Shown piece after piece: positions 35,001 through 48,500 of a stretch of DNA of 64,000 nt (its first letter is position 1; every line of letters starts with the position of its first letter). The notes under the pieces were generated by a model, which saw only the letters and a program-made list of their open reading frames with translations, was not told the origin of the DNA and made no database searches. The translations under genes and the position numbers were made by a program. The stretch is from Mobula hypostoma (lineage: Eukaryota): the NCBI RefSeq assembly GCF_963921235.1, contig NC_086097.1, positions 200,324,001 through 200,388,000 of the forward strand, written 5' to 3'.

Positions 35001-37029
35001 ATATCTTCTGAGTATACCTGCTTCTTAACTACAAATACCAGTACTACAAAAGCCAGATTGTTAGTGCCTCTTTTGAGTACTCAACTGGTGTTCTTAGACC
35101 TTCATATAGAACTGCTTCACATGTACTTTTCAGAATCCAGTAGTGTTAGATGCCATGTTCTGTGAGGGTGCAGTGGAGAGCTGCCAGAAGGTACCTGTAT
35201 ACTAATATACAGATTAATATATGTGGACTTCTAATCATACATGTCAAATGTATGGCATATAATTTAGATCACATGACAAGTTTGGCAGTAGAACATAATG
35301 TTGATTTGTTGAACATAATATGATAACGCTAATTGGTATGTAATGTTGATTCCTTAATTTTGTTGCCAACTTCAAACCCAAAACTTCTGAAAAATATTTG
35401 CACACCTCAGTATTCAAGCAGCTATTAAGTGCCTTCAATTGAAAACAAAATATCACGTCAGCAGCAGTTGTGCCACCATACAATCAAACTGTAGCTACTG
35501 AGTGACAAGAGCTAACTATCCATTGATGTCTCAACTGATGAATCTACAGATCAAGCTAAGGATGTAGAGCTGGGAAAGACAATTAATAATTCATACAGGA
35601 AAGGCCACAGGGCAGTTGGCAAAAAAGACTAGGAATACTTATATTCAGTTTGACTTTACTGGCTGCAAATGCAGGTCATATCACAGCGAAATGCATGCCA
35701 TTTCATTTTACAAAATTAACACCTCACAGTGTTCCCTGGCTACAGCACATCATTTACTATACCTTTCTTCAGTCCTGAAGAGGGTCTTGGCACCAAAATG
35801 TGGACTGTTTGTTCATTTCCATGGACGCTGCTTGACCTGCCGAGTTCCTCCAGTATTTTGTCTATGTTGCTTATCATTTACAATGTTGCCTGTGATCTGG
35901 TTTAGCTCCTGAATATTTATTTCTCAGTCACTCAAACAACACAAACATCACTAACACAGAAACCATTCCAGATAAAAGTGCATTTACTATTAATCAAACC
36001 AAACTAAGAGTTATTACATGAATACTGTTATATCAAAGTTTAGCTTAATTATAAAATCCCAAAATGGAAGTACATTAATATTATGATAAAAAATATCTTC
36101 CATATAGGTGCAGAAACTTTCTTGTGAGTCTATATAAAGGGAGCATTTTGTTGAAAACCAAATTCTGTTATTTAAGACATGACATAGATAATTGTCTTCT
36201 TCAGAGAGTTGCATTTAAGTACTTTCCAATGTTGTAAAGTGGGTAATGCATTAGTCATATGATTGTTGGGTATTAAATCATTAATAATGTAATAGATATT
36301 TAATTATTAATGACTTATTCATACCAAGTTCTGGAAAAAAAATTATTGATTTTCAAGTCTAATGTCACTTAATCACTTCTTTTGGGGGGGTGGGGGAGAT
36401 CTGCAGATGAAGGGAAGCACAGTGGAAAAGCTCACATTTTATGCATTCCCAAATCAGCACAAGAACAAAAATAATTTTTAGGAATGAGGTTAGGATTACT
36501 AGGGTAGAAATCTATTATTTTTCATCTTCTCACATCCATTAGTTTAATAAAGTTTACTCTGCCCTTCCTGGAAGCAAGCTATAGGATAAATTAACGCCAA
36601 ATTATCAACCAGATCCAATTAACATGCAATATGAAAGTACAAAAGCAGGTCATTCCTGAGCAATTCCTCGAGGAACTGACTATACATTGGCATAAAGAAT
36701 CTTGCACCTTCAAAAACATATTGATAGTGTACCAGAATTGGTGTAAAGTTTAAGCTATGAAGAAATGATTTGGTGGGTCATGGAGAGGAAGTAATAAGCC
36801 AGTTTTGGAAACTTGCAAGAAGCCAATGATCTGAATTGAGACCGCTCATTCTCTATAAACAGACAATGAAACAAATCTTCCTGATTCTGAAGAGATTTGG
36901 CCATTGCCACAGGAGCCTGGCCTTCCTGCAATATGATTGGAAAATTTGCATAACATTGCTAATTGAGGAATACAGGCAAATAGGATTAACAGAGAAAGGC
37001 ATAACAATCAGCATGGACGAGGTAGGCTG

Positions 37030-40000
37030 AAAGACCATAACCATAAAACAGAGAAGCAGAATTAGGCCCTTCAGCCCATCGAGTATGCTCTGCCATTCCA
37101 TCATTGCTGATTTATTATCCCTTTCAACTCAATTAACAATAGAGTCATAGAAAAGTACAACACAGAAACAAGTCATTCAGCCCATCTATTCTGTGCCAAA
37201 CCATTTAAACTGCCGACTCCCATCAACTTGCACCCAGACCATAGCCCTCCATACCTCTGCCATCCATGTACCTATCTATACTTCTCTCAAACATTGAAAT
37301 CAAGTTCATATGCACCACTTGCACTGACAGCTCACTTCTTACTCTCACTACAGTCTGAGTAAAGAAGTTTCCCCTCCTATTCCCCTTAAATTTTTCACCT
37401 TTCACCCTTAACCCATGGCCTGAAGTCCCACCTAATCTCTGTGAAAAAGCCTGCTTGCATTTACCCTGCAATGTCTGCACTTGCATCCTGCAGGGTCCAA
37501 GAGAATACCTTGCCAGACCCTGGGGATTTATGCACTCTCGTTTGCCTCAAGACAGCAAACACCTCCTCCTCTGTAATCTTTATAGGGTCTATGATCTCAC
37601 TGCTTCTTTGCCTCATTTCTGTAGACTCTGTGTCCGGCTGCCAAGTAAATACAGATGCAAAAAATCAATTTAAGATCTCCTCCATCTCTTTCAGCTCCAC
37701 GCATAGATTACCATTCTGATCTTCCAGAGGATCAATTTTGTTCCTTACCTTCTGCTGCCTTCTCTCTGTAACCTTTGACACTCTTCTCATTCTTCCTCAC
37801 CTCTGTTCTAAATGGACATCCCTCTATTCTGAGGCTGGGAATTTGACCTATTCTTCCACTATAGGAAACATCCTCTCCACATCCACTCTACCTAGGTCTT
37901 TCACTATTCAATAGGTTTAAATGAGATCCCTCATCATTCTTCATGAGCCATTAAACACCCATCATGCACATGTTAACCCTTTCATTGCTGTTTTCATTTG
38001 TGTGAACGTCCTCTGGGCAGTCTCCAATACCAGCACATCTTTTCCTAGATAAGTGGCCCAAAACAGCTCACAATATTCCAATTCTGTCTCAGCAATACCA
38101 TATAAAGCCTCAGCATCATATCCTTGCTTTTATATTCCAGTGCTCTGCAAATGAATGCAAACATTGCATTCGCCTTCCTCACCACAGACTCAACCTGCAA
38201 ATTAGCCTTTAGGGAATCCTGTACGATGACTTCCAAGTCCCCTCGTACCTCTGATTTTTGAATTTCCTCCCTTTTTAGAAAATAGTCTAGGATCATATAC
38301 TTCCTGAAACTGTATTCCATCTGCTAGTTCTTTACCCATTCTTTTAACCTATTCAAGTCCTTCTGAGAATTCCCTGCTTCCTCAACGTTACCTGCCCCTC
38401 CACCTACCATCTGCAAACCTGGCCACAAAGCAATCAATACCATCATCCAAATCATTGACAAATAACAGGAAAAGCGGTCCCAACACCGGCCCCTGCAGAA
38501 CACCACTGGTCACCAGCAGCCCCCTTTGTTCTCACACTTTGCCTCCTGCCAGTCAGAGAATCTGCCCATGCTAGTGAGGTCCTCCATTAGTCAAGGTCAA
38601 CCATGGACGTTGCGTCTCAGCTGTCTACGTGATATGCAGACCACGGTGGTACAATATAGAGAGCAAGCTGTTACTCGTGCAGCAGTCCACTCCTCTCCAC
38701 ACAGCTGATGAATCTAAAGTTACGGCAGAGACCAATACAGTTTGGTACCAGCAGCGTCGCAGGAGTTGTCAGTCAGCATTGAACTCAATGTAGAACTGCC
38801 TTAGGGTCTCCAGCTCTGGATTTCTCCTTGGGGTTTAGTCTTGAACCTTCCCTATGAATGGATATAGCTGCAAAGCAGCAGAAATTCGAGATCAGAGTTT
38901 TTCTTCTCCTAGATGAGCTGCAAACCATAGCTAACAAGTCACATCTGCCTGAAATGACTGGTTTTAAGGCACTAGTAACCCACCTCTGTGCTTTCTCCTG
39001 TCAGTAGAAAAGGTTTTGCCGTGCTTAGTAGCTGAGGTGCAGAGCTGGACTTGGTTGACAGAGGCTACTGGGCGCCTTTAATGGGTAGTAGGAGTTATAA
39101 TCTCTACCACACCCCTCCCCCTAGCTATGACAATCTTAAGGAATTATTCATGCTAGTATCTGTCCTGTAATACCACGAGCTCTTATCTTGTTAAGCAGCC
39201 TCATGTGCAGCATCTTTCAAATACCTTCTGAAAATCTAAATAAACAACACCTACTTCCTCTCTTATATCGTTCCTGCCTACTATTTTGTCAAAGAATTCC
39301 AACAGATTTATCAGGCAAGATTTCCCCTTGAGGAAACCATGCTGACTTTGACCTATTTTATCATGTGTCTCCAACCACCTTAAAATTTCTTCCTTAATAA
39401 TGAACTCCAACATCTTCCCAACCACAGAAGTCAGACTAACAAGCCTATAACTTAATTTCTTCTACTTCCCTCCCTTCTTGAAGAGTGGAATGACATTTTC
39501 AATTTTTCAATTACAAATACCTCCACAATATCTTTTAACTACCTTTTTCAGAATGCAGAGTTATAATCCATCTGGTCCAGGTGATTTACCTACCTTCAGA
39601 CCTTTCAGTTTCCGAAGCACCATCTCTTTAGTAACAGCAATTACACTCACTTCTGCCCCCTTGACTCTCTTAAATTCCTGGCATAATGCTAGTGCCTTCT
39701 ACAGTGAAAATTGATACAAAATACTTATTGAGTTCATCTGCCATTTCTTTGTCCCCCATTACTACCCCTCCAGCATAATTTTCCAGCAGTCCAATATCTT
39801 CTCTCACCTCTCTTTTATTCTTCATATATCTGTAAAAAATGTTTTGTTTAATCTTTTATATTATTGGCTATCTTGGCTTCATATTTCATCTTTACTGTCC
39901 TTATGGCTTTTTTTAGTTACCTTCTATTGGTTTTTAAAGGTTTCTCAATCTAACTTCACACTAATTTATGCAAAACTAAATGCTCTCTATTTTGCTTTTA

Positions 40001-40345
40001 TGCTGTCTCTGATTTCCCTTGTCACTCATGGTTCTTTCATCCTTACTTTAGAAAACTTATTTAAACAGATTTATCTTTGTGATGTATCTATCGATCCTGT
40101 ATGTTCTGAATTGCTCCCAGAAACTCCAGCCATTGCTGCTTTGCTGTCATCCCTGCTTTGCTAATATCCCCTTCCACTGAACGTTGACTAGTTCCCTTCT
40201 CACGCCTCTGTAATTCCTTTTCCTCCACTGTTATATATCTGACTTTAGCTTCTCCCTCTCGAAATGCAGGGTGAATTCTACCATATTATGATCACTGCCT
40301 CCCAAGAGTTCTTTCACCTTAAGCTCTCCAATCAAGTCTGAAAGG
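37030..40345 (-). mobile_element. Nested decayed CR1 LINEs with an RTE-like insertion at about 38577-39148
   Basis: SQHGFLKGKSCL and YLDFQK motifs in ORF 39201-39425; the insertion is flanked by CATGCTAGT on both sides. Confidence 0.85.
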
Positions 40346-43300
40346 GCTCATTTCCTATCAATACACACTGAATACTGGAGGAACTCAGAAGCTATGGAAA
40401 AGAGTAAACAGCCAACATCTTGGGCTGAGACCCTTCATCAGGACGACATATACATTTCTGATGCTATGTTCCAATGATTCGAAATTGCAAGTCTGTGGGG
40501 AGAGCAGCAGTTTTGGCACAAGTTGCATTGATCCTAACTACAGCCAGTATGGATGCACAGGTTGAGCAGTATCGCTTCTGCACCTTGTCACTATGGTTTT
40601 TACTACTGAGCTGCTGTCTCTTCCTCCAACATTGTTAAAAATTGTACTCAGGAGACACAGAGAAAGGATGCAATGTAGGAACTGGAAACTCTCCAGGCAA
40701 TTCAGGTACAAAGCATATACCGTGCATCTCATAATCCATTTACCTTTATACCCTGTTTCAGCAGATTTAAGAGGTCAAAACTGCTGAAATAGTTAAAGAA
40801 AAGTTTCTTTGGCAGCTTAGTTTCATGATCCTCTGTTAAAATGACAAAACCTTAATTGTATTATAGCACCCTAATTCATATTTATGTTGCCCTGTATCTA
40901 CTGCTAGCAGATTCTTCAATCGTTCAAAACACATTTGATTAAAGTAGCAGTGTGGATAGCTCTCACTAAGCAATTTATTTCCAAGATTCTATCTATTTCA
41001 GCCTCAAATTAATCTATGATGCAGCAGAATAGCTCTTTGGGATAGAAAATTCTGAACACTCACAACTCAGAGATGAAGTCCCTATTAATCTCAGTTTTGA
41101 CCCCTTATCCTGAAACAAAATTGTACAAATCTAGATTTCTGCCACAAGAGAAGTGTTCTGTCATGATCTCACTGATTCTTACATTTCAATAAGATTATCC
41201 CTCAATCTTTTAAACACCATAAATCATAAACTCAGTCATTTCTCATAAGATAACATTAACTTCGACTGAACCTTTGCTGCACTGCCTCCAAAACATTTAA
41301 TTTCTTAAGTAAGGAGATGAAAACGGCATGCACATGATCTTGCTAAAACTAAATACATTTGTAAAGCATGTTTTGTCTCTTTCTCAGTTCTGACAAAGGG
41401 CGTCTGACCTTGAGTGTTGACTCTCTTTTCCTATTCACAGCTGTTGAATGTTTCCAACAATTCATGCTTACTTGCAGTTGTATCAAGATTTCTTTACTCT
41501 TGTCCTACAAGCAACAAAGTCTAACCTTCAATTTGCCATGCTCATAGCCTGCTCTGAATCTCCTGCCAGGAGTAGAAGTACAGCCAGATGATCGGGCATG
41601 CATTGGCACAGTAAGCGTTTTTGATTGTGGTGTAACAGTGGTCAAATGTGTCGGCTCCTATCAACAATCAATGAACAGTCAATACATCGACAGCTCATTT
41701 CCCTCCGTAGGTGCTACCTCACCTACTGAGTTCCTCAAGCATTTTGGTACATTTTCCAGTTTTTTAATCATTGCTCACGTTTTTCCAAGATCAATTTCTG
41801 GAAATAATCTGCTGTTACCTCCTCCAGACCTACGTTTTGTTTCTTTACTTGATTAGTTAGCACCTTGTTTACTTTGCCATCATTCCTTCCAGCAATTTAA
41901 ATCACTCTCGCCGTTCATTTCTTTTGAACCATCCTTCTTTCTCCACAAGTACCAACAGATCTAATTAATCCATTGTCAGTATTATTTCTATTTCAGATTT
42001 CTATCTTCTATATTGTTTAGTTTTTATTATTACTGGAACAAGGATTGGTAGCAACCAATCAAAGCAACCAAGAACATCTTTCAAAGGGAGGATTATTATC
42101 CGTTCTCGGGAGAATGCTTGGCTATGCTACTCAGATATTCTAGGCACAATAACACACAATGCTGGAGGAACTCAGCAGGTCAGGCAGCAGAGGAACAAAG
42201 AGCTGACATTTCGAGCTGAGACCCTTCATCAGAACACAATGAACTCTAGGCACAAATGCATCTTATCAAGAGATTGCCATAAAAAAGAGAATTTAAACAA
42301 ATATATTATTTACAATCAAGGTGAGTAAGAATGCCACACATTGAGACGAGTTGCCATTGCAAGATCACTCAGTATCAAAACCTGAATTAGTTTACTTAAA
42401 GAAGGCCTAGGACCTTCCAGTTCAAGTACTTAATGCACATTCATCTGTCTTCATCAAATAAATTAGCTTGAGTAATTAAAACATATAAAAGCAACTTTGT
42501 GGTCTGCTGGGTTTTCAAAGAGCATCTTTGGGACGTACATTCTTATTTTGTTTTGATTTCCAAAGAAACAGGTATGAAAATGCACAAAGGAAATACAAAT
42601 AAAAATAAAGTTATTTGAATAAAACATCAAAATTAGCAAATGATCATGTTTAGCCTGTTTAAAAATTACTGGAAGCATCTAACTGATACTGCCATCTCCG
42701 ATAGCAAAACAATAGAATTCCAGAGACCATTGCCATAGAAAAATCAATGCTGCTGAATTCTAAAATCTGAGAGCAAGTCATGAAAGAAAAATCTTAAAAT
42801 CAGTAATTGCCTGGCCAATTGCAGTTGTCCGTAATATACATTGACTGTGCTTGTTGAATTATGTCTTTCTAACCCAGCTGCTGAGAGAGAACGAAGACAA
42901 TTATTTTGTTTATGATAAACTCAGTATCTCAGTAACTTGGTGTTTTCTGCTGAGAACGTGGAGGGAGAAAAGCAACAGGAATTATTTCAGCAATATTCCC
43001 TACTTAAATATTCAATTCATTTTATCTTTGGTTCAATTTTAAGCATTCTTTTGCAAAAATGTTTGCATATAAGAAAATTACAATTTGGGTGTCTAGAATG
43101 GGCAGCCAAAGATGACGGTTGAAGCAGATATGACAGAGCAAATTAACAGTAAGTACTGTGTAAGAGAAAACAGAGAAAGGGGGATAAAGACCAAGTGAAG
43201 GCAGAAGTAAATGATGTAATTCGGCATCTTTAATTAGTTCAGCTCAGCATCATGAGCCGAAGAACTTGTTCCTGTACTGTATGATTCCACGTTCAACTAA

Positions 43301-43656
43301 AACTGCAGCTAACTAATCAGAATTATGAATTATTGAAGGCGGATGAAATGGAAGTTTTATCTGAGATTAACAGAAGTATGTTGCAGGATAATATATTTCC
43401 ACAGAATTATGTAAAGATGCAACCAGAACCAGTTGGTGGTTTACTGCAGAAAATCACAGAGCAAAGAATTCATAATGGAAATTTCCATTCAACTAAGAGC
43501 CTATTCACCTTTTCACTCAAAATGTGGTTGATCTACATTGAGTGAAATTCACTAATATTACCTGTTCCACACTGGAACAGTGGTAGTTTTGTATATATTA
43601 AAAATGATTTGCAATCAATTAACTTCCAATACTATTCCTGTATGCTTCTGAACATA

Positions 43657-44175
43657 CACGCAGTGGCCACCGTAATAGGTACAGCTGACACCTGGAAATC
43701 TGCTTGTTAATGCACTTACCTATAATCAGCCAATCATGTGGCAACAACTCAATGCATAAAAGCATGCAGACATGGTCAAGAGGTTTAGTTGTTGTTCAGA
43801 CCAAACATCAGAAGGGTGAAGAAATCTGATCTGGCTTTGACTGTGGAATAATTCTTGGTGCCAGACAAGGTGATTTGAGTATCTCAAAAACTGCTAATCT
43901 CCTGAAATTTCAGAGAATGGTGTGAAAAAAAATCCATTGAGTGGCAGTTCTGTGGGTGAAAATGACATCCTAATGACAGGCAGAGAGAATACTAATGAGA
44001 GAATGACCAGAGGGGTTCAAACTGACAAGAAGGCAACAGTAACTTGAAAAAAGCACACGTTACTACAGTGGTGTGCAGAAGAGGATCTCTAAGCATACAA
44101 CACATTGAGCCTTGAACTGGATGGGTGTCAGCAGCAGAAGGCCACAATCTCAGCGGCCACCATATTACTAGGTAA
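43657..44175. mobile_element. Non-autonomous Tc1-like element remnant
   Basis: Begins TA-CACGCAGTGGCCAC; related motif ctcagcggccac near 44150. Confidence 0.55.
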
Positions 44176-44392
44176 TATAGGTCGCATCTGGAATTTTTCC
44201 AGGTAGCAGACGACTTCCTCCCACTCAGTTCTGACGTACTGGGAATTTGCATAAGAGGCAAATTACAGCAGTGGTTTGCCATTGCCTTCTGCTGGGTGAG
44301 TTTTTTTTAAGAGATCACCAGTTTTTAACCCCACATGGATGGAAAGCTTGCCGGGGGGAGCCGGCTGCGATTGAACTTCAGAACCTCTGCTC

Positions 44393-45260
44393 ATTGCGGC
44401 CAAAAAGCTCTATTTTAACTTCATCAGTCCACAGGACTTGTTTCCAAAATGCATCAGGCTTGTTTAGATGTTCCTTTGAACCTTTTGAATGGAACTTTTT
44501 GGCTGCAATGAGCAAAGGTATGTTTGGAGAAAAAAAGGGTGCAGAATTTCATGAAAAGAACCCTTCTCCAACTGTTAAGCACGGGGGTGGATCAATCATG
44601 CTTTGGGCTTGTGTTGCAGCCAGTGGCAACATTTACTGGTGGAGGGAAGAATGAATTCAATTAAATACCAGCAAATTCTGGAAGCAAACATCACACTGTC
44701 TGTAAAAAAGCAGAAGATGAAAGGAGGATGGCTTCTACAACAGGATAATGATCCTAAACACACCTCAAAATCCACAATGGACTACCTCAAGAGGTGCAAG
44801 CTGAAGGTTTTGCCATGACCCTCACAGTCTCCTGACCTAAACATCATTGAGAATCTGTGGATAGACCTCAAAAGATCAGTGCGTGCAAGACGGCCCAAGA
44901 ATCTCAAAGAACTAGAAGCCTTTTGCAAGGAAGAATGGGGGAAAATCCCCCAAACAAGAATTGAAAGACTCTTGGCTGGGTACAGAAAGTGTTTACAAGC
45001 TGTGATACTTGCGAAAGGAGGTGTTACTAAAGTACTGACCATGCAGGGTGCCCAAACTTTTGCTTCAGGCCCTTCTCCTTTTTTGTTTTTTTGAAACTGT
45101 AAAAGCTGGAAGTAAAAAAGTTTTCTTACTTAAAATATTAAAGAAATGTGTCATCTTTAACTTTACTCCTTTTGGAAATCTGTTCATCTTTTACTAGCTT
45201 AGCTTTTCACAGTAACAGAAGTTTTCACTAGGGGTGCCCAAACTTTTGCATGCCGCTGTA
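44393..45260 (+). mobile_element. Tc1/mariner (IR/DR type) transposase pseudogene with right terminal repeat
   Basis: TVKHGGGSIMLWAC, QQDNDPKHTSKST, *PSQSPDLNIIENLW; direct repeat GGGTGCCCAAACTTTTGC at 45046-45063 and 45232-45249; ends CTG-TA. Confidence 0.92.
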
Positions 45261-45289
45261 GCTATAGGTACCCTCACTAAAGGGAGGTT

Positions 45290-46130
45290 TTACGTAACTA
45301 CAAGTACACTTCCCTGTGCATCCTCCACAGTGGGTTTAGCTGACAATACCCACTATTTAAGTGGTGGGCTCTCTCTCCCTAACAAGTAGGAGATATTTCT
45401 AGCTAATAAATTAGCTTAAACATAGTTCATTTATTCTTAGCAATACACATTTAAATCCAAACAACATTCTTAAAACACATTTAAAGGTCACAGAGGACCT
45501 CTATCTTATAAGACTTCCGAATAAACTATTTCTCAATCACAAAGGATATCCAAAACATAGAAGCTAAAAAGACATACCCTCAAGTCACAGATGAACCAGT
45601 TGCCTGTTGCAGAAACCAAAGACAGAGGAATGGACTGTAGTTCACCTGTCGTTTCTTTCATTCTGCGTGATGTTCCTGGCCATTCCAAATAAGCCTGAAC
45701 TGCTGCTCACAGTTATACTATTTCTCTGCCACTTGGGAGTCTTCACACACATGGTATTTTTCAGACACCTTTTAATACAAACTGTCTAAAAGCTTCTGGA
45801 GACAGAGATCCCAGTTACTCACAATTAATGCTGTAAAGATGACTCTTTAGTACACAATCTTCCAACCTTTAATAGCTATTTAGCATGCTTAGTGATTGTC
45901 TGCATCTGGTCTCCAAGCTTCCTTGAACTAAATAATTTAGCCACCATTGTCAAGTTTGAAACAAGCCCCGTTAAATAACCTATTGTCTTATACTTCATCT
46001 CTTGAGCAGTTAACCTAGGTGTTGTAGAACCAGCAAGTCTGCTATAGATATTGCTCATTTAAAAACCTGTCTTTTTAACTTCAAACTGATTACAGCTTTC
46101 CATTTACATTAAAAACTGAAGACTGGCTCC
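45290..46130 (-). repeat. Old unclassified interspersed repeat (LTR-like), copy 2
   Basis: Shared blocks such as tgtaaatggaaa..gtaatcag.ttgaagttaaaaa, gcagttcaggcttatt.ggaatgg and tgttgtttggatttaaatgtgta. Confidence 0.75.
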
Positions 46131-46335
46131 CATTTATGAAAAGAAGCTAAACAAAGATAGATGTTTAATTTATTCTGAAACAACACTTTCATCTTTACAT
46201 GTGCCAGCTGCTGTGCTGAGCTTGGTTTAAAAAAAATCTCCTATTTTCAGTGAATATGCATCACAATATTAATGTTTAATAAATCTGAAAAAAACTCATA
46301 CTAAGATTTGTTACTCATGTGGGATAAAAATGTAC

Positions 46336-46487
46336 CAGAATTCACTTTTGCATATTCTGCATCTAAAACAAAAAATCCTGTCAAGACTGTGCTCATCAAA
46401 ACCTTGATCCTAATATACTCATCCTGCTGAGCTTTAATGGAATGTGCACAAGAAGGATGATGGATTTTAAAATTTCCCTTGGTCAAA
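46336..46487 (-). CDS. Candidate exon LTKGNFKIHHPSCAHSIKAQQDEYIRIKVLMSTVLTGFFVLDAEYAKVNS
   Basis: Acceptor ttttttaatattgtgcttcag, donor G|GTACAT; 152 nt open; phase 2 to 1; non-repetitive sequence. Confidence 0.55.
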
Positions 46488-46999
46488 CTGAAGCACAATA
46501 TTAAAAAAGGTTCAGTTTCAATGCTTTAATGATGTTAAAATAAAACAATGGCACATTCTCAGTATGAGAACTTCTAATCACTGTAATTAACTCAGCAAGA
46601 AGGCAAGCTCGATGCCTTTACACAGAACAAGCTTTAAGACTCAGTCAGATTTGCTGGACCCCAGCAGCAGATCTGCACCTGTGATCAGTTAGGATTGACG
46701 ATTCTTTCTTGTAGTGATACCATGGAAACTGGAATTAAAAAATATGGCACAGTGATGTACTTGCTCCTAATTTTAAACAGCTGATGTCAGAATTCTTAAC
46801 AAGAACTAGGGCACTAAGTACAAGGTCTGTATAACAAAAAACATGCTAAGTCCAACTTGGAATGTTAGAATTACTATCTACTGTTACTCTGGTTCAGCGC
46901 ACCTCAATGCTGGAGCAGGCACCACAGGTGAATGTCAGGTTCCTTAAAGACAAGCGCAAAACACTGAATGTGCATGATTTATGTACATAAAGAGGAATA

Positions 47000-48500
47000 C
47001 AGTTCAGAAACAGGCCCTTCGGCCCACCAATTCCAAGCTGAAACCATTTAAGCTACCTACTCCCATGGACCTGCCTTCCATACCCCTACCATCAATGTAG
47101 CTATTCAAATTTCTCTTAAACTTTGAAATCAAGCTCACATGCACCACATGTGCTGGCAGCTCATTCCACACTCTCACAACCCTCTGATTGGAGAAGTTTC
47201 CTCTCATGGGCCCCTTAAGCTTCTCACCTTTCACCCTTAATCCATAACCTCTGTTTGTAGTCCCACCCAACCTCAGTGGGAAAAATCCTGCTTGCCCTTA
47301 CCCTATCTATACCTATCCCTCATAATTTTGCATACCTCTATCAAATCTCGTCACAATCTTCTATGTTCCAAAGAATACAGTCCCAACCTATTCAATTTTT
47401 CCTTATAACTCAGACCTGGCAACATCCTTATAAATTTTCTCTGTGCTCTTTCAACATTGTTTACATCTTTCCTGTAGGTAGGTGACCAAAATGGCACAAA
47501 ATACTCCAACTTAGGCCTCAGCAATGTCTTATACAACTTCCACATAACACCCCACCTTCTATACTGGTTGGTCCCACTGAAGTACTTGTCTACATTAAAT
47601 TTCATCTGCCATTTTTCCAGCTGATGTAGATGCATCTGCAAGACATGATAGCCTTCCTCACTGTCAACTACACTCCCAATCTTGGTGTCAGCTACAAATT
47701 TGCCGATTCAGTTAACCACATTATCATCCAGATCACTGATACAGATAACAAGCAACAAAGGACCCAGCACCGGTCCCTGCGGTACACTATTAGTCCCAGG
47801 GCTCTAGTCAGAGAAGCAACCCTCTACTACCACTTTCCGGCTTCTCCCACAAAGCCAATGTCCAATCCAATTTACTACCTCATCCTGAATGCGGAGCAAT
47901 TAAACCTTCGTGACTAGCCTCCCATGTGGGACCTTGTCGAAGGTAGACAACGTTCACTGCTTGCTTTCATTCATTTTCCTGATACTACCTTGAAAACTCT
48001 ATAAAATTGGTTAGACATGACGCATGAAGCCTTGTTGACTATCCTTAATCTGTCAATGCCTATCAAAATATTTATACATCAAGTCCCTGAGAATATCTTC
48101 CAATAACTTTCCCACAACTGATGTCAGACTCATCAGTCTATAATTTCCTGGTTTATGCTTAGAGCCTTTTTTTAAGCCTTTTTTAGCAGCAGAACAATAT
48201 TGGCTATCCTCTAATCCTCTAGTACCTCTCCTGTCACTAAGGAGGTTCTAAATATCTCTGCTAGGGCCCCGGTAATTTCTGCACTTGTTTCCCGTTGGGT
48301 CCAAGGGAGCACCTTGTCAGGCCCTGAGGATTTATCCACCCTGATTTGCCTCAGGATAGCAAACACCTCCTCCTCTGTAATACGTACAGGGTCCATGAAG
48401 TTCCAGAGGACCAGTTCTGTCCCTTGCAATCCTTTTGCTCGTAACCTATCTATAGAACCCCTTAGGATCCTCCTTTTCCTCATCTGCTAGAGTAACTTCA
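47000..48500 (-). mobile_element. Decayed CR1 LINE
   Basis: DKSSGPD, LYKTLLRPKLEY and LGLYSLE motifs. Confidence 0.85.
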
